Assembly: GCA_041697335.1 (NCBI GenBank)
Contig: JBGUGD010000014.1
Coordinates: 17,910 to 81,909, forward strand
Length of the DNA: 64,000 nt
Direction: 5' to 3'
Source of the DNA: Vampirovibrionaceae bacterium NZW_1234
GTDB lineage: Bacteria; Cyanobacteriota; Vampirovibrionia; Vampirovibrionales; JAGQHJ01
Numbering within the stretch: position 1 is the first letter of the stretch; each line of letters begins with the position of its first letter. The translations under genes were made by a program, and so were the position numbers. Shown piece by piece: positions 50,370 through 60,042 of the stretch. The notes beneath the pieces are model-generated. The model saw only the letters and a program-made list of their open reading frames with translations. It was not told where the DNA came from and made no database searches.

Positions 50370-53300
50370 CTAAGTTGAGTAGTACTTGGCCTCGGGATGG
50401 TGGACCACCATAGCGGAGGTGGATTGCTCGGGCTCGATTTGGTAGGCCTCGGTAAGGCGGATGCCTGTGTATTTACTGACTTCCATCAGTTCGAACTGTT
50501 TCGCCTGATCAGCGAGATCGGGGCAGGCAGGGTAGCCGAAGCTGTAGCGCTTGCCTTGGCCAATGGGGAGACCCAGCTCCGTAAGAATCATCCGGTGAGA
50601 CCATTCAGCCAGGGCCTCGGCCATCTGAACAGCCAATCCATGAAGGTAATAACTGCGGGAGTATTCACCCTGACGATCCAGAGCATTACCCACTTCACCC
50701 ACCCGATGGCCCATAGTGACCAATTGCAAGGGCAGCACATCCACCTGGCCTTGATCCAGAAAGTAATCGGATAAGCACAGCAAATCTCTATCGGTCTGAC
50801 GAGGGAAGCTAAAGCGCATGCGCTCAGTTTTTTGGTCCTCGTGCAAAACAACTAAATCATTGTTGTCCCGGTGGCAAGGAAAGTAGCCATACAAGACCTG
50901 GGGCTGCAAGATGGCATCATCCTTGCACTCGTTGAGCAAATTCACCAACAAGGGGTAAAACTCCTCCTGCACCAGTTTGTCATACTCTTCCTTGGGCTTG
51001 TTTTTAAGGCCCCAGGACAGACGAAACAGCGAGGGGAAATCCATCAGTTTGAAAATCTCGTCTAAATCCAGATCCGTCGGATTTAACAAACGCATGCCCC
51101 AGAACGGAGGCGCCGGAATGGAGGGCGCAGGCTTGACCTGCCGTTCGGTGGTAATCACCGGAACCGGGGCGTTGGCCTTGTAACGTTCGGACTTCTCGCG
51201 CCGGGCAGTCAAATCGGCCTGGTACTCCGCCATCAGGCCCTCTTTCTGAGCCGGATCCATCAGGCGGTTCATAATTCCAAGCCCCTCAAAGGCGTCCTTG
51301 GAGTAAAACACCCCGCCAGGATAGGTCAGCTCCTCACCCAGGCAGGAAATCCGAAACCCGAAATCCCGGTTAATCGCCGCCCCACCAATAATAATGGGGT
51401 AATGCAAATCCTGTTTGTTGCACTCTTCCACACAATAGGCCATTTGCTTGGATGTGGTCACCAGCAGTGCACTTAAGCCAATCGCATCGGCATTCACCTC
51501 TTTGGCCTTGGCCAAAATCGTCGGCAAGGGCACTTGTTTTCCCAAATCGTGAACAACGTAGCCATTGTTACTGAAAATGGTTTTCACCAGGTTCTTGCCA
51601 ATATCGTGAACGTCGCCATAGACCGTGGCCAGGACCAACGTCCCTTTGGCCACCTGGTCGGATTTATCCAGAAACTGCTCCAAATAGGCCACCGATTTTT
51701 TCATGACTTCCGCCGATTGAAGAACAAAGGGCAAAATCAACTCACCGGTTGCCATCTTGTCACCGACTTCTTTCATTGCCGGTAACAAAATTGTGTTAAT
51801 AATTTCAGCCGGAGCATATGTCTCCAGTGCCTTGGCAAGAACATCTTCGATGCCTTCTTTCCGGCGGTTCAAGATTTGGTAGTGAATTTGCTCTTCAATG
51901 GTACGCTCAACGTTGTCTTCTTCCACAGCCTGTTTGGCGTTGAAGGAACCTCCATGGGTTTCAAAGTAGGCAATAAAATCGGCAAGTGCCTGTTCATTTT
52001 CGTTTAACACAAGAGCATCCGCGAGTTTTCGTTCCTGTTCAGTCAGCATAGGGTAGGGAATAATCTCCTTGGCATTCACAATTGCCAAATCAAGGCCGGC
52101 TTTTGTGGCGTGATAAAGGTACACACTATTTAACACTCTTCTGGCCTGCGGCGTCAAACCGAAAGATGCGTTACTAACCCCTAAGACCGTATACGTCCCC
52201 GGCAGATTGGCTTTAATCCAGCGAATGGCATTGAAAGTTTCAATGGCAGAATTGCGAAATTCTTCGTCTCCGGTGGCCAACGTGAAGGTCAAAGGGTCAT
52301 AAATCAAGGTATGCGGAGGCAAGCCGTAGTCCCCGGTAACAATGTCATACAGTTTCTGGGCCACTTCGATTTTCCGATCTGTGGTTTTAGCCATGCCGTC
52401 AGCATCAATGAGCATCGCGACAGCCGAGCCGCCATAGGTTTTCAGCAACGGAACTATCTTATGAACCCGTTCGCCGTCGCCTTCCAAGTGGATTGAATTG
52501 ACAATGGGACGCCCGGGAACCAATTTCAAGGCTTCTTCAATGACCGGGTACTCGGTGGAATCAATCACCAGAGGTGCCTCAACCATTTGAGACAGATCTT
52601 TCACCAGTCGGCACATCTGAACCGATTCATCATCTCGCTCGTTCAGGGCCACACACACATCAAGCAAGTGAGCCCCCTCTTCCACCTGGGTGCGCCCCAT
52701 CAGGGCCATGGTTTCGTAGTCATCTTCCATCAACAGGGTCTTGAATTTGCGGCTGCCCTGGGAGTTCAGGCGTTCGCCCACAATTATAGGCCGATTGGGC
52801 ATATCCAAACTTACGGCCTTAATGGGACTGCTCACAGCCCGAACCTCTTCTATGTTACGGGTCTTTGGTTGACGCTCTCCCAAGGCCTTTACTACCGCCC
52901 CCACATGGTCTGGCGTCGTGCCACAACAGCCCCCCACAATGTTCACACCAAAGGTATCCACAAACTCCACCAGGGCCTTGGCAAAGGGATCCGGCGCCAG
53001 GTTATACCGAGCCTGACCTTCAATATTTTCCGGCAAACCGGCATTGGGAATCACGGAAATGGGAATCGGAGAAAAGTCGGACAAATAGCGAACCGGCTCA
53101 CGCATTTCATCAGGACCTGTGCTGCAATTCAAGCCGAAAACATCCACTTTCAGGTCCATAAACAACGGCAGTGCCGCCGCCACATCGGTTCCCAAAAGCA
53201 TCCGCCCTGAAGTATCCAGCGTCGGCTGGGCAATTAACAAAATGTCTTTGCCACTGGCCGCAATGGCTTCTTTTGCCCCGATGACGGCATGTTTCATTTC

Positions 53301-53864
53301 CAAAATATCTTGGCCCGTTTCAATAATGAGGCCATGCACCCCTGCCTCAATCAAAATCTGAGCTTGCTCCCGGTAAACGGCCCGCAGGGTATCGACACTC
53401 ATATTGCCCAACGTCGGATCACTGGAAGAAGGAAGGTATCCCGTGGGTCCCAGCGAACCAATAATATAGCGGGGTGTTTCCGAATCAGGCATGCTCAAGA
53501 TAGCTTCTTGCGCAACGCGCACAGCAGCGGTGTTGATCTCGACAATTTGGTCCTCAAGGCCATATTCTTCAAGCTTGATTCGATTAGAGCCAAAGGTATT
53601 GGTCTCCAGACAGTCGCACCCAACCTTAAGATAGCTGGCATGAATTTCCCGGATGATTTCGGGCCGAATCAGCGCCAAGTAATCATTACACCCATCTTTT
53701 CCCAAAAAATCCTCGGCCGTCAGATTATAGGTTTGAATACTGGTTCCCATGGCGCCATCAAAGACCAAAACCTTCTGATGTAAGCGCTCTCGAAGGGGAA
53801 TGGAAACCGGAGGACATGCGAGAGAGGGAGGGGCTTCTGACACGGCGATGCTCTTCGTAACCAC
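50370..53864 (-). CDS. metH: Methionine synthase, cobalamin-dependent
   Basis: 1164 aa carrying the Hcy-binding, pterin-binding, B12-binding (DVHDIGKNLV, GLSALL) and AdoMet-activation domains. Confidence 0.95.
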   Translation of the reverse strand: MVTKSIAVSEAPPSLACPPVSIPLRERLHQKVLVFDGAMGTSIQTYNLTAEDFLGKDGCNDYLALIRPEIIREIHASYLKVGCDCLETNTFGSNRIKLEEYGLEDQIVEINTAAVRVAQEAILSMPDSETPRYIIGSLGPTGYLPSSSDPTLGNMSVDTLRAVYREQAQILIEAGVHGLIIETGQDILEMKHAVIGAKEAIAASGKDILLIAQPTLDTSGRMLLGTDVAAALPLFMDLKVDVFGLNCSTGPDEMREPVRYLSDFSPIPISVIPNAGLPENIEGQARYNLAPDPFAKALVEFVDTFGVNIVGGCCGTTPDHVGAVVKALGERQPKTRNIEEVRAVSSPIKAVSLDMPNRPIIVGERLNSQGSRKFKTLLMEDDYETMALMGRTQVEEGAHLLDVCVALNERDDESVQMCRLVKDLSQMVEAPLVIDSTEYPVIEEALKLVPGRPIVNSIHLEGDGERVHKIVPLLKTYGGSAVAMLIDADGMAKTTDRKIEVAQKLYDIVTGDYGLPPHTLIYDPLTFTLATGDEEFRNSAIETFNAIRWIKANLPGTYTVLGVSNASFGLTPQARRVLNSVYLYHATKAGLDLAIVNAKEIIPYPMLTEQERKLADALVLNENEQALADFIAYFETHGGSFNAKQAVEEDNVERTIEEQIHYQILNRRKEGIEDVLAKALETYAPAEIINTILLPAMKEVGDKMATGELILPFVLQSAEVMKKSVAYLEQFLDKSDQVAKGTLVLATVYGDVHDIGKNLVKTIFSNNGYVVHDLGKQVPLPTILAKAKEVNADAIGLSALLVTTSKQMAYCVEECNKQDLHYPIIIGGAAINRDFGFRISCLGEELTYPGGVFYSKDAFEGLGIMNRLMDPAQKEGLMAEYQADLTARREKSERYKANAPVPVITTERQVKPAPSIPAPPFWGMRLLNPTDLDLDEIFKLMDFPSLFRLSWGLKNKPKEEYDKLVQEEFYPLLVNLLNECKDDAILQPQVLYGYFPCHRDNNDLVVLHEDQKTERMRFSFPRQTDRDLLCLSDYFLDQGQVDVLPLQLVTMGHRVGEVGNALDRQGEYSRSYYLHGLAVQMAEALAEWSHRMILTELGLPIGQGKRYSFGYPACPDLADQAKQFELMEVSKYTGIRLTEAYQIEPEQSTSAMVVHHPEAKYYST

Positions 53865-54099
53865 TTGTGACCTGTGCCCTCTTATTATACTCGCTGATAG
53901 AGAAAGCTACTCGCTTGGCTCAAAGAATCGTCTGAATTCTCAAGTATTTCAGGCTATTTCATAGACCATGTAAAGATAAGATACATAACAATAAATAAAA
54001 AACAAACAAAACCAAATTCCCAAATCCGGGGTGATACGATGAATTATGAAAGCACCACATTTTTATGGTCAGTAGTTTCGAGTAAGCAATCACATTGGG

Positions 54100-54981
54100 G
54101 TGTATATGAGGAAGCAGCAACCAGTCCCGGTAGGTGACGGCTTTGACGCGACCTTGGCCTATCTTTTTTATGGCCTGGATCCGGCACATGACGTCTTAAA
54201 CGAATCGACCTACATTTTTGATATCCTGAACTCCGAGTCCAAAACCAAAGGCCTTTCAATGACGCGTGTCTTAGGCGATGACATTCAATTCGTCAGCCGT
54301 TGGCCTGAAAACAAATTCCCCCTCAAAATATTTATTAGCCCGGATTATGGGGTCCTCTTCTCTCCGGGAGAATTAAAACAACTGCGTACCATTATTGGCG
54401 AGGTTGTCGGTGAGATTGAAGCCATTAACCCGGACCAGTTTCGCTTTACGTATGTGTCCCAGCGTCACCAAGCCGATATTGTGATGCTTTGCCGTCGGGA
54501 TGATAAAAAATTACTTCATCACACGTTTCCCGCACTTGGTGCCGAAAAAGAACTCACATACGCCGAAATCACATTGACGATTACCACCCAAGTCAGTCAT
54601 GACAGTGTGCGGTATCAAGTGATGCACCAACTCCTTCACGCCTTAGGCATGTTGGGACACAGTGATAATCCCTTTGACTCGGGCTACATCACCTGGAATC
54701 CTCAACAGGCACTCCTGACGCCTCGGGATATTGCCACCCTGAGGTTACTGTATCGCTGTCCCATTGGTATGAGTGAGTCCGATTTAAAGTTACTTTGGGA
54801 TCAATATCAGGCTCGCTACCCTGGGCTCAAGCTCAATGCCCAAGTACAGGCTGTCCTTGGGAACCCGAATCAGGTTCCAACGCCAATGCCTGCCATGTTT
54901 GGTACTGCAACACTGTCCGCCCAAGAACGCCAGCTGCAAGAGTCAGTGCGCCATAGCCTTCGCCACGTTAAAACCGCCTGA
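54100..54981 (+). CDS. Hypothetical protein with degenerate metzincin-like motif
   Basis: HQLLHALGMLGHSD resembles HExxHxxGxxH, but with Q in place of the catalytic E and the register shifted by one. Confidence 0.35.
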   Translation: MYMRKQQPVPVGDGFDATLAYLFYGLDPAHDVLNESTYIFDILNSESKTKGLSMTRVLGDDIQFVSRWPENKFPLKIFISPDYGVLFSPGELKQLRTIIGEVVGEIEAINPDQFRFTYVSQRHQADIVMLCRRDDKKLLHHTFPALGAEKELTYAEITLTITTQVSHDSVRYQVMHQLLHALGMLGHSDNPFDSGYITWNPQQALLTPRDIATLRLLYRCPIGMSESDLKLLWDQYQARYPGLKLNAQVQAVLGNPNQVPTPMPAMFGTATLSAQERQLQESVRHSLRHVKTA

Positions 54982-54993
54982 TTTAATTGCAAA

Positions 54994-56217
54994 TCACTCT
55001 CTTAACGCATCGTCAACGAATTGGCGTAATTTGGAAGCAGTCACACAATAGCCAATACTGCTTCCCGGGCTCAAAAGTGCCGTATTCATCCCGAGAACCT
55101 TTCCATCCGTTGTCACCAAAGGCCCTCCGGAATTGCCGGGGTTAATTGCAGCATCGGTCTGAATCATATTGGGATTGGCTGGGCCATCCAGCCCCTGCAA
55201 GGGAATCGTTCGCCCGGTGGCAGACACCAAGCCCATGGTCACGGTCCAACCATGAGAATGGGGGTGCCCGACCGCGAGAACAATTTCCCCAACGATGTCC
55301 TCTTCTGACTCTGCCAGGGACAAGGTGGGCAAATCAACCGGGGCTGCAACTTTCACCAGGGCAATATCCTGATCCTTGTCGCGTTTTACCACGACGGCAT
55401 CGTATTGACGGCCGTCCAGCAACTTCACCGTTACCCGAGGCCTGTCTTGAACCACATGGGCATTGGTTAAAATCAACCCATCCCGGCGAATCACGAACCC
55501 ACTGCCTCGGAAGGATGAACGCCGTCCATAGACTTCCTCCGAAGGCAGTGGATAATCAATACCCACCACAGCCGGTTTTACTTTTTTTGCCAGGGTCTTC
55601 AATTCCCGTGACATTGCGTTCAGCACATTTGGAGAGCGTGTTACCTGTGCCTGAAAAGCCTCATCGACTTCTCGAAGGCGCTTGGGATCCAAAGCGTGCG
55701 GCTCAATACCGTCGGTTTTTGTCTTTTCGGCCAGAGCCACTTCCATCCGATGCAGTTTTTGTTCGGCTCGATACAACATAATGCCCTGAGCCAAAATAAG
55801 CGCGGAGGGTGGAAATAGCAAAGCCCCTAAAAATATCGCTTTTCTAACCCACCGAGGCCTGGAACGCTGATAATTATTTTCCCGAGGCACAGCCTCATCG
55901 CCAGGGAGCGCTTCTGGTGGCATCTTCAAAGGCTGATCTTCGTCCTGAACATGCCCAAAACGCACTTGAGCCTGGTAATTTAAATTGCGCCCCAAGCACA
56001 CATTCTGTGAGGCGTTAATAACCCTCAGCCCAGTCATAAAATCGTCTCCTGACGAAATTCCAGCATGTCGAAACGAATATCCATTACACTCCCCTGTGTC
56101 CTTCTTCGTGATGTTACCGGGAAGGCAGAGTCCATGCAAGGCTTCATGATGGTAATAGCCGCCCCCGTGGTATGAAGAATTGTTACAAGGCGGCCAGACT
56201 TTGGCATCTCCATACAT
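54994..56217 (-). CDS. HtrA-like S1C serine protease lacking PDZ domain, with Cys/His-rich N-terminal extension and TM anchor
   Basis: Catalytic triad blocks LTNAHVV, DIALVKV and GNSGGPLV. The protein ends just after the protease domain. N-terminus: CNNSSYHGGGYYHHEALHGLC...C, then the TM AIFLGALLFPPSALILAQGIMLY. Confidence 0.75.
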   Translation of the reverse strand: MYGDAKVWPPCNNSSYHGGGYYHHEALHGLCLPGNITKKDTGECNGYSFRHAGISSGDDFMTGLRVINASQNVCLGRNLNYQAQVRFGHVQDEDQPLKMPPEALPGDEAVPRENNYQRSRPRWVRKAIFLGALLFPPSALILAQGIMLYRAEQKLHRMEVALAEKTKTDGIEPHALDPKRLREVDEAFQAQVTRSPNVLNAMSRELKTLAKKVKPAVVGIDYPLPSEEVYGRRSSFRGSGFVIRRDGLILTNAHVVQDRPRVTVKLLDGRQYDAVVVKRDKDQDIALVKVAAPVDLPTLSLAESEEDIVGEIVLAVGHPHSHGWTVTMGLVSATGRTIPLQGLDGPANPNMIQTDAAINPGNSGGPLVTTDGKVLGMNTALLSPGSSIGYCVTASKLRQFVDDALRE

Positions 56218-56272
56218 TTAGAGGAATTTATATTCAAAAGGCCCAATGGGCAAATGTTACCGGTATTCCTGA

Positions 56273-57352
56273 ATGTTACACTTGCACATCTCTCCCCGAC
56301 GGACTGATTATCCCTATTCCACACAATTGCAGCCGAAGTTTGCCTCCAGCACACCTCGGCATAAACACTTGCGAGACAATGCCCTGGGGACCGATCAGCG
56401 TCCGGTCCTTGGGGCCGAAACCACGCGTAAATCATTTCTCAGTTCTGTCATTGATGGGATTCACCGATTTTTTCAAAACGTTTTATTTCTGGGAGCCATT
56501 GTTCTTGCCTCCTGGATTCCGAGCCAACGCCTGCGGAACTACATAGAGACCCGTGCACTGTACGAACCTTCCAAAGGTGTTGCTTTGGATCATTTGGGAG
56601 ATAAGGCGTTAGAGAAAAAAATTCGGATTCAGCATTTTAAAGCCCCAGATGGTACAGCATTAGAAGGCTGGTATATTCCAGCGAAGAAAGGTAAACCGAC
56701 CATTTTATATGCCCATGGACGTTCCAGTAACATGGCTGACACAAAGCCGGTTATTCTTGCCTTTAGCCAGCGCGGGTATGGGATTATGGTGGTTGATTAT
56801 CGAGGCTTCGGCAACAGCGCAGGCACCCCCACAGAGCAAGGCGTCAGCATGGATTTGGAAGCTGCCAGCACTCATCTGGCTAAAAAACTGGGTGTTCCAT
56901 CCTCTCAGCAAGTTCTCGTCGGGAACTCCCTGGGCGGCGCTATTGCGGCGGATGTTGCCACTCGAAAGCCCTTTAAAGCCGTTATGCTGACGTCCACCTT
57001 TACGAGCCTGAAAGAGACGTTGAAATACCACCGGGAAAAATGTAACTGGCTATTACGCCATCTGGTCGCCGAGAACATTGTGAAAGCCCAGTTCGACACG
57101 CTGAAGAAAATCCCGCTCATCCAATCCCCGCTTCTCATTGCCCAAGGGGAAGCAGACGATGTAACGCCCCCCAGTATGGGGGAACGCCTAATCCGCCATG
57201 CGAGAGGGACCCGGCTTAAGCATTTATTCAGGATAAAAGCCTGTGATCATTACCAAGTCTTTCGCTCTGCTGCAAACAAGGTCATCGATCGTCTGGAATG
57301 GCTTCTCAAAAAAATTGATGACATCCATGGTTCAGCCCCAGTAACCCAGTAA
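56273..57352 (+). CDS. Alpha/beta hydrolase
   Basis: Nucleophile elbow GNSLGG, HGRSSN oxyanion region, and C-terminal D/H blocks (EADDV, CDHYQ). Confidence 0.7.
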   Translation: MLHLHISPRRTDYPYSTQLQPKFASSTPRHKHLRDNALGTDQRPVLGAETTRKSFLSSVIDGIHRFFQNVLFLGAIVLASWIPSQRLRNYIETRALYEPSKGVALDHLGDKALEKKIRIQHFKAPDGTALEGWYIPAKKGKPTILYAHGRSSNMADTKPVILAFSQRGYGIMVVDYRGFGNSAGTPTEQGVSMDLEAASTHLAKKLGVPSSQQVLVGNSLGGAIAADVATRKPFKAVMLTSTFTSLKETLKYHREKCNWLLRHLVAENIVKAQFDTLKKIPLIQSPLLIAQGEADDVTPPSMGERLIRHARGTRLKHLFRIKACDHYQVFRSAANKVIDRLEWLLKKIDDIHGSAPVTQ

Positions 57353-57478
57353 CCCTCCAGCTGAACCTTCCTATCCAACAGAACAGGAACAATTAGCGAG
57401 GGTCTATCGTCAACGGGCACAGCCCTCAGAAAACACTGGACGTGTCTGTTTGGGGCATTTAAAATCGTACCAAGCACG

Positions 57479-58336
57479 ATGAAGGAGATTTTTTACATTA
57501 TGCCCGTCACTCGCTTTGCTCTGACCCTCTCGCTCGCTGGATTCTTCTTGCTGAATGCGCCCGCATTTACGGCAGACCCTACTCCAACACAAACGCCTCC
57601 TTCGAGTGCCCAGAAGACAGACACTTCAACCGCTGCAACTTCCGCAACAACGTCCAATTCAAATAACACAGGCAAGACTAAGAAAGTGTTTGCCATGACC
57701 GCCTCTCAGGATGCGCTTAAGATCACCGACGACATTGCTTTAGCTGAAAAGCAAGCCCAGGAAAACCCGGATGACCCTGAGGCCCACTTTCTTTTGGCTG
57801 CGGCCTACAGCCGTAGTCCTCACCTCGACAAAGCTTTTTGGGAAATGAAAAAGACCAAAGAGCTTCTCAAAGCGAAACAGGATTTTGAATTCATCGATCG
57901 GACCATTACTGACTACGAAGCCGTGCGTCAAGAACAGCCAAATGACACTGTGGTGTTATATCGCCTGGCAATGGCTTATTTTTTCAAAGGCTACACCATT
58001 GAAAAGTACCCGCATCACTACAAAAACGCTCCAACCGGCGCTGCTATTGATTTTTACGACAAAGCCCAGACCATGATGCGTCAAGTTATTGCCCTCGACC
58101 CTCAAGACACCTGGGCAATGAACTATCTGGGCTATCTGGTCTCTGACAACGGAAAGCATTTGTCAAAAGGCATTGATCTGTGGCAGGAATCTCTTCGGAT
58201 CAATGACCGAGACAATGCGGGGGCCTACCTGTTATTAAGCCAAGCCTACATGCAGAAAGGTGACATCCAAAAAGCTTTGGTGTATGGTGCCAAAGGCCTT
58301 GCTATTCAACAGTCTGTAGGACTTACCCTGCCATGA
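57479..58336 (+). CDS. Secreted TPR-like protein with Thr/Pro-rich N-terminal region
   Basis: Signal-peptide-like MPVTRFALTLSLAGFFLLNAPAFTA, then PTPTQTPPSS, then TPR-like helices. Confidence 0.5.
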   Translation: MKEIFYIMPVTRFALTLSLAGFFLLNAPAFTADPTPTQTPPSSAQKTDTSTAATSATTSNSNNTGKTKKVFAMTASQDALKITDDIALAEKQAQENPDDPEAHFLLAAAYSRSPHLDKAFWEMKKTKELLKAKQDFEFIDRTITDYEAVRQEQPNDTVVLYRLAMAYFFKGYTIEKYPHHYKNAPTGAAIDFYDKAQTMMRQVIALDPQDTWAMNYLGYLVSDNGKHLSKGIDLWQESLRINDRDNAGAYLLLSQAYMQKGDIQKALVYGAKGLAIQQSVGLTLP

Positions 58337-58929
58337 AACTCAAAAACCTTGGTGTTTTCCTCTTTATTGCCCTGCTGGTTCTGGCCGGTAGCAGCGCCAT
58401 GCTCTACACACACTTTCGGCTAAAAGCTCAGCAAACCTCCGAATTTTCACCCGATATCAAAAAAATAGAGCGTGCCAAAGGGGAAACCATCACCTTGACC
58501 GAAACCCAAAATGGGAATCGCAAGTGGGTGCTTAAGATGAATGAAGTGAAATACAGCAAGGACAACAATACGGCCCATATGTCCAAAGTGCAGGGCCTGG
58601 TCTATGGCGACAAAAAAGGAGACACGCAAGAGGTTCTCTTTACCTTTGAAGCTCCGGCCGGCACGTATTTTAAAGACAAAAATCATGTGTATCTGACAGA
58701 TGGCGCCAAAATGGTATCGCCCAGTGCCAAAATCATCATTATGGCTCCCAATATGGACTGGTCCTCCCAAACCAATACCGTCAATGCCTCTGGCGGTGTG
58801 AAGATGCGTAAAGAGCACTTTGGGGAGTCCTCCGCCAATAAAGCCGTTTTCGCCATGGACTTCTCTAAAATTCAATTTCTGGGCCAAGCAACATCTGTCT
58901 TGGGAAGTCCTCCAAATACCCGAGATTAG
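58333..58929 (+). CDS. Membrane-anchored periplasmic protein, LptC-like (tentative)
   Basis: N-terminal TM LGVFLFIALLVLAGSSAMLY plus an approximately 170-aa beta-rich domain. Size and layout fit LptC. Confidence 0.35.
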   Translation: MKLKNLGVFLFIALLVLAGSSAMLYTHFRLKAQQTSEFSPDIKKIERAKGETITLTETQNGNRKWVLKMNEVKYSKDNNTAHMSKVQGLVYGDKKGDTQEVLFTFEAPAGTYFKDKNHVYLTDGAKMVSPSAKIIIMAPNMDWSSQTNTVNASGGVKMRKEHFGESSANKAVFAMDFSKIQFLGQATSVLGSPPNTRD

Positions 58930-59053
58930 AAAAGCTCGAAGCCTTGTATACTTATGGATGTACCCCTATGCCTTTGTCCCGGCATGGCGGTTTCGGGTTG
59001 TGGGAAACCGGTTCCCCGCGATCGTAACACCGATACTGACATGACAGGCCTTT

Positions 59054-59977
59054 ATGTTTTCCAAACTCCTTGGACTGATTAAGCCCAAATCCCCGGAAAC
59101 ATTGTATAACCAATCCCTGGATCTTTACGATCGGGGACGTTATGACAAGGCCTTGAAAACCCTGAGAAAGGCCATCAAGCAAAAACCGGATCTGGCCATC
59201 GTCCACTACACTCAAGGACTCTGTCATGAAAAGCTCGGAGATTTAGAAAGCGCTAAAAAAGCCTTTCAAACCTGCCTGCAATATGACCCTCAGGATCAGG
59301 ACTGTCTTTACAATTTAGCTCGCATCCTCTACAACCAGCAGGAGCTGGAAACAGCCATGGCCTATGCCGAATATGCGGACAGCCTGGTCGAGGATCCGGG
59401 GGATGATCAAATTGCCTACTTGCTGGGGCTGATTTACGAAGAAATTGGTGATCACCCCCTGGCCATTGCGGCGTACAAAAAATCCCTTGCCATTAATCCG
59501 GAGCAAATCATTGCCGGCCTGTTCCTGGGAAAGCTCTACCTCCAGCTTCAACAGGTAGACGAGGCGATTGACCTTTTGCGCCAATTGGCAGAATCTGATC
59601 CGGGACACCTGGAAGTGAATTATGAATTGGCCATGAGCTTGGCTAAGAAAAACCAGTGGGAAGAGGCGATTGGGTATTTTCAACGGGTCATTGAAATCGA
59701 TTCGACCTACATTACGGCCTACAACCAGTTAGGTTTATGCTTTTACTGTACTGACAGACTCCCGGAGGCTGTCGACTGCTATGAACGAGCCCTTTCCTTC
59801 CAGCCAGACTATGCCACTGTCATCAATAACCTGGCGTATACCTACGAAAAAATGAAGCAATACGACAAAGCCATCGAGAAGTTCAAAGCCTACCGGCCCT
59901 TTGTGGAAGATCAGCCCGGCGAATTGGTTGAGTTGGACGAGCATATTTTACTCCTGGAACAAAAACTTAAAGAGTAA
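59054..59977 (+). CDS. Tetratricopeptide repeat protein
   Basis: Multiple 34-aa TPR units (e.g. AYNQLGLCFYCTDRLPEAVDCYERALSFQPDYA). Confidence 0.8.
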   Translation: MFSKLLGLIKPKSPETLYNQSLDLYDRGRYDKALKTLRKAIKQKPDLAIVHYTQGLCHEKLGDLESAKKAFQTCLQYDPQDQDCLYNLARILYNQQELETAMAYAEYADSLVEDPGDDQIAYLLGLIYEEIGDHPLAIAAYKKSLAINPEQIIAGLFLGKLYLQLQQVDEAIDLLRQLAESDPGHLEVNYELAMSLAKKNQWEEAIGYFQRVIEIDSTYITAYNQLGLCFYCTDRLPEAVDCYERALSFQPDYATVINNLAYTYEKMKQYDKAIEKFKAYRPFVEDQPGELVELDEHILLLEQKLKE

Positions 59978-60042
59978 AACCCCGTCAACGCCAAGTGCTG
60001 GAAGCATCTTGGCGTTGATATAGCTGTTTCTGCGGTTTGAAT

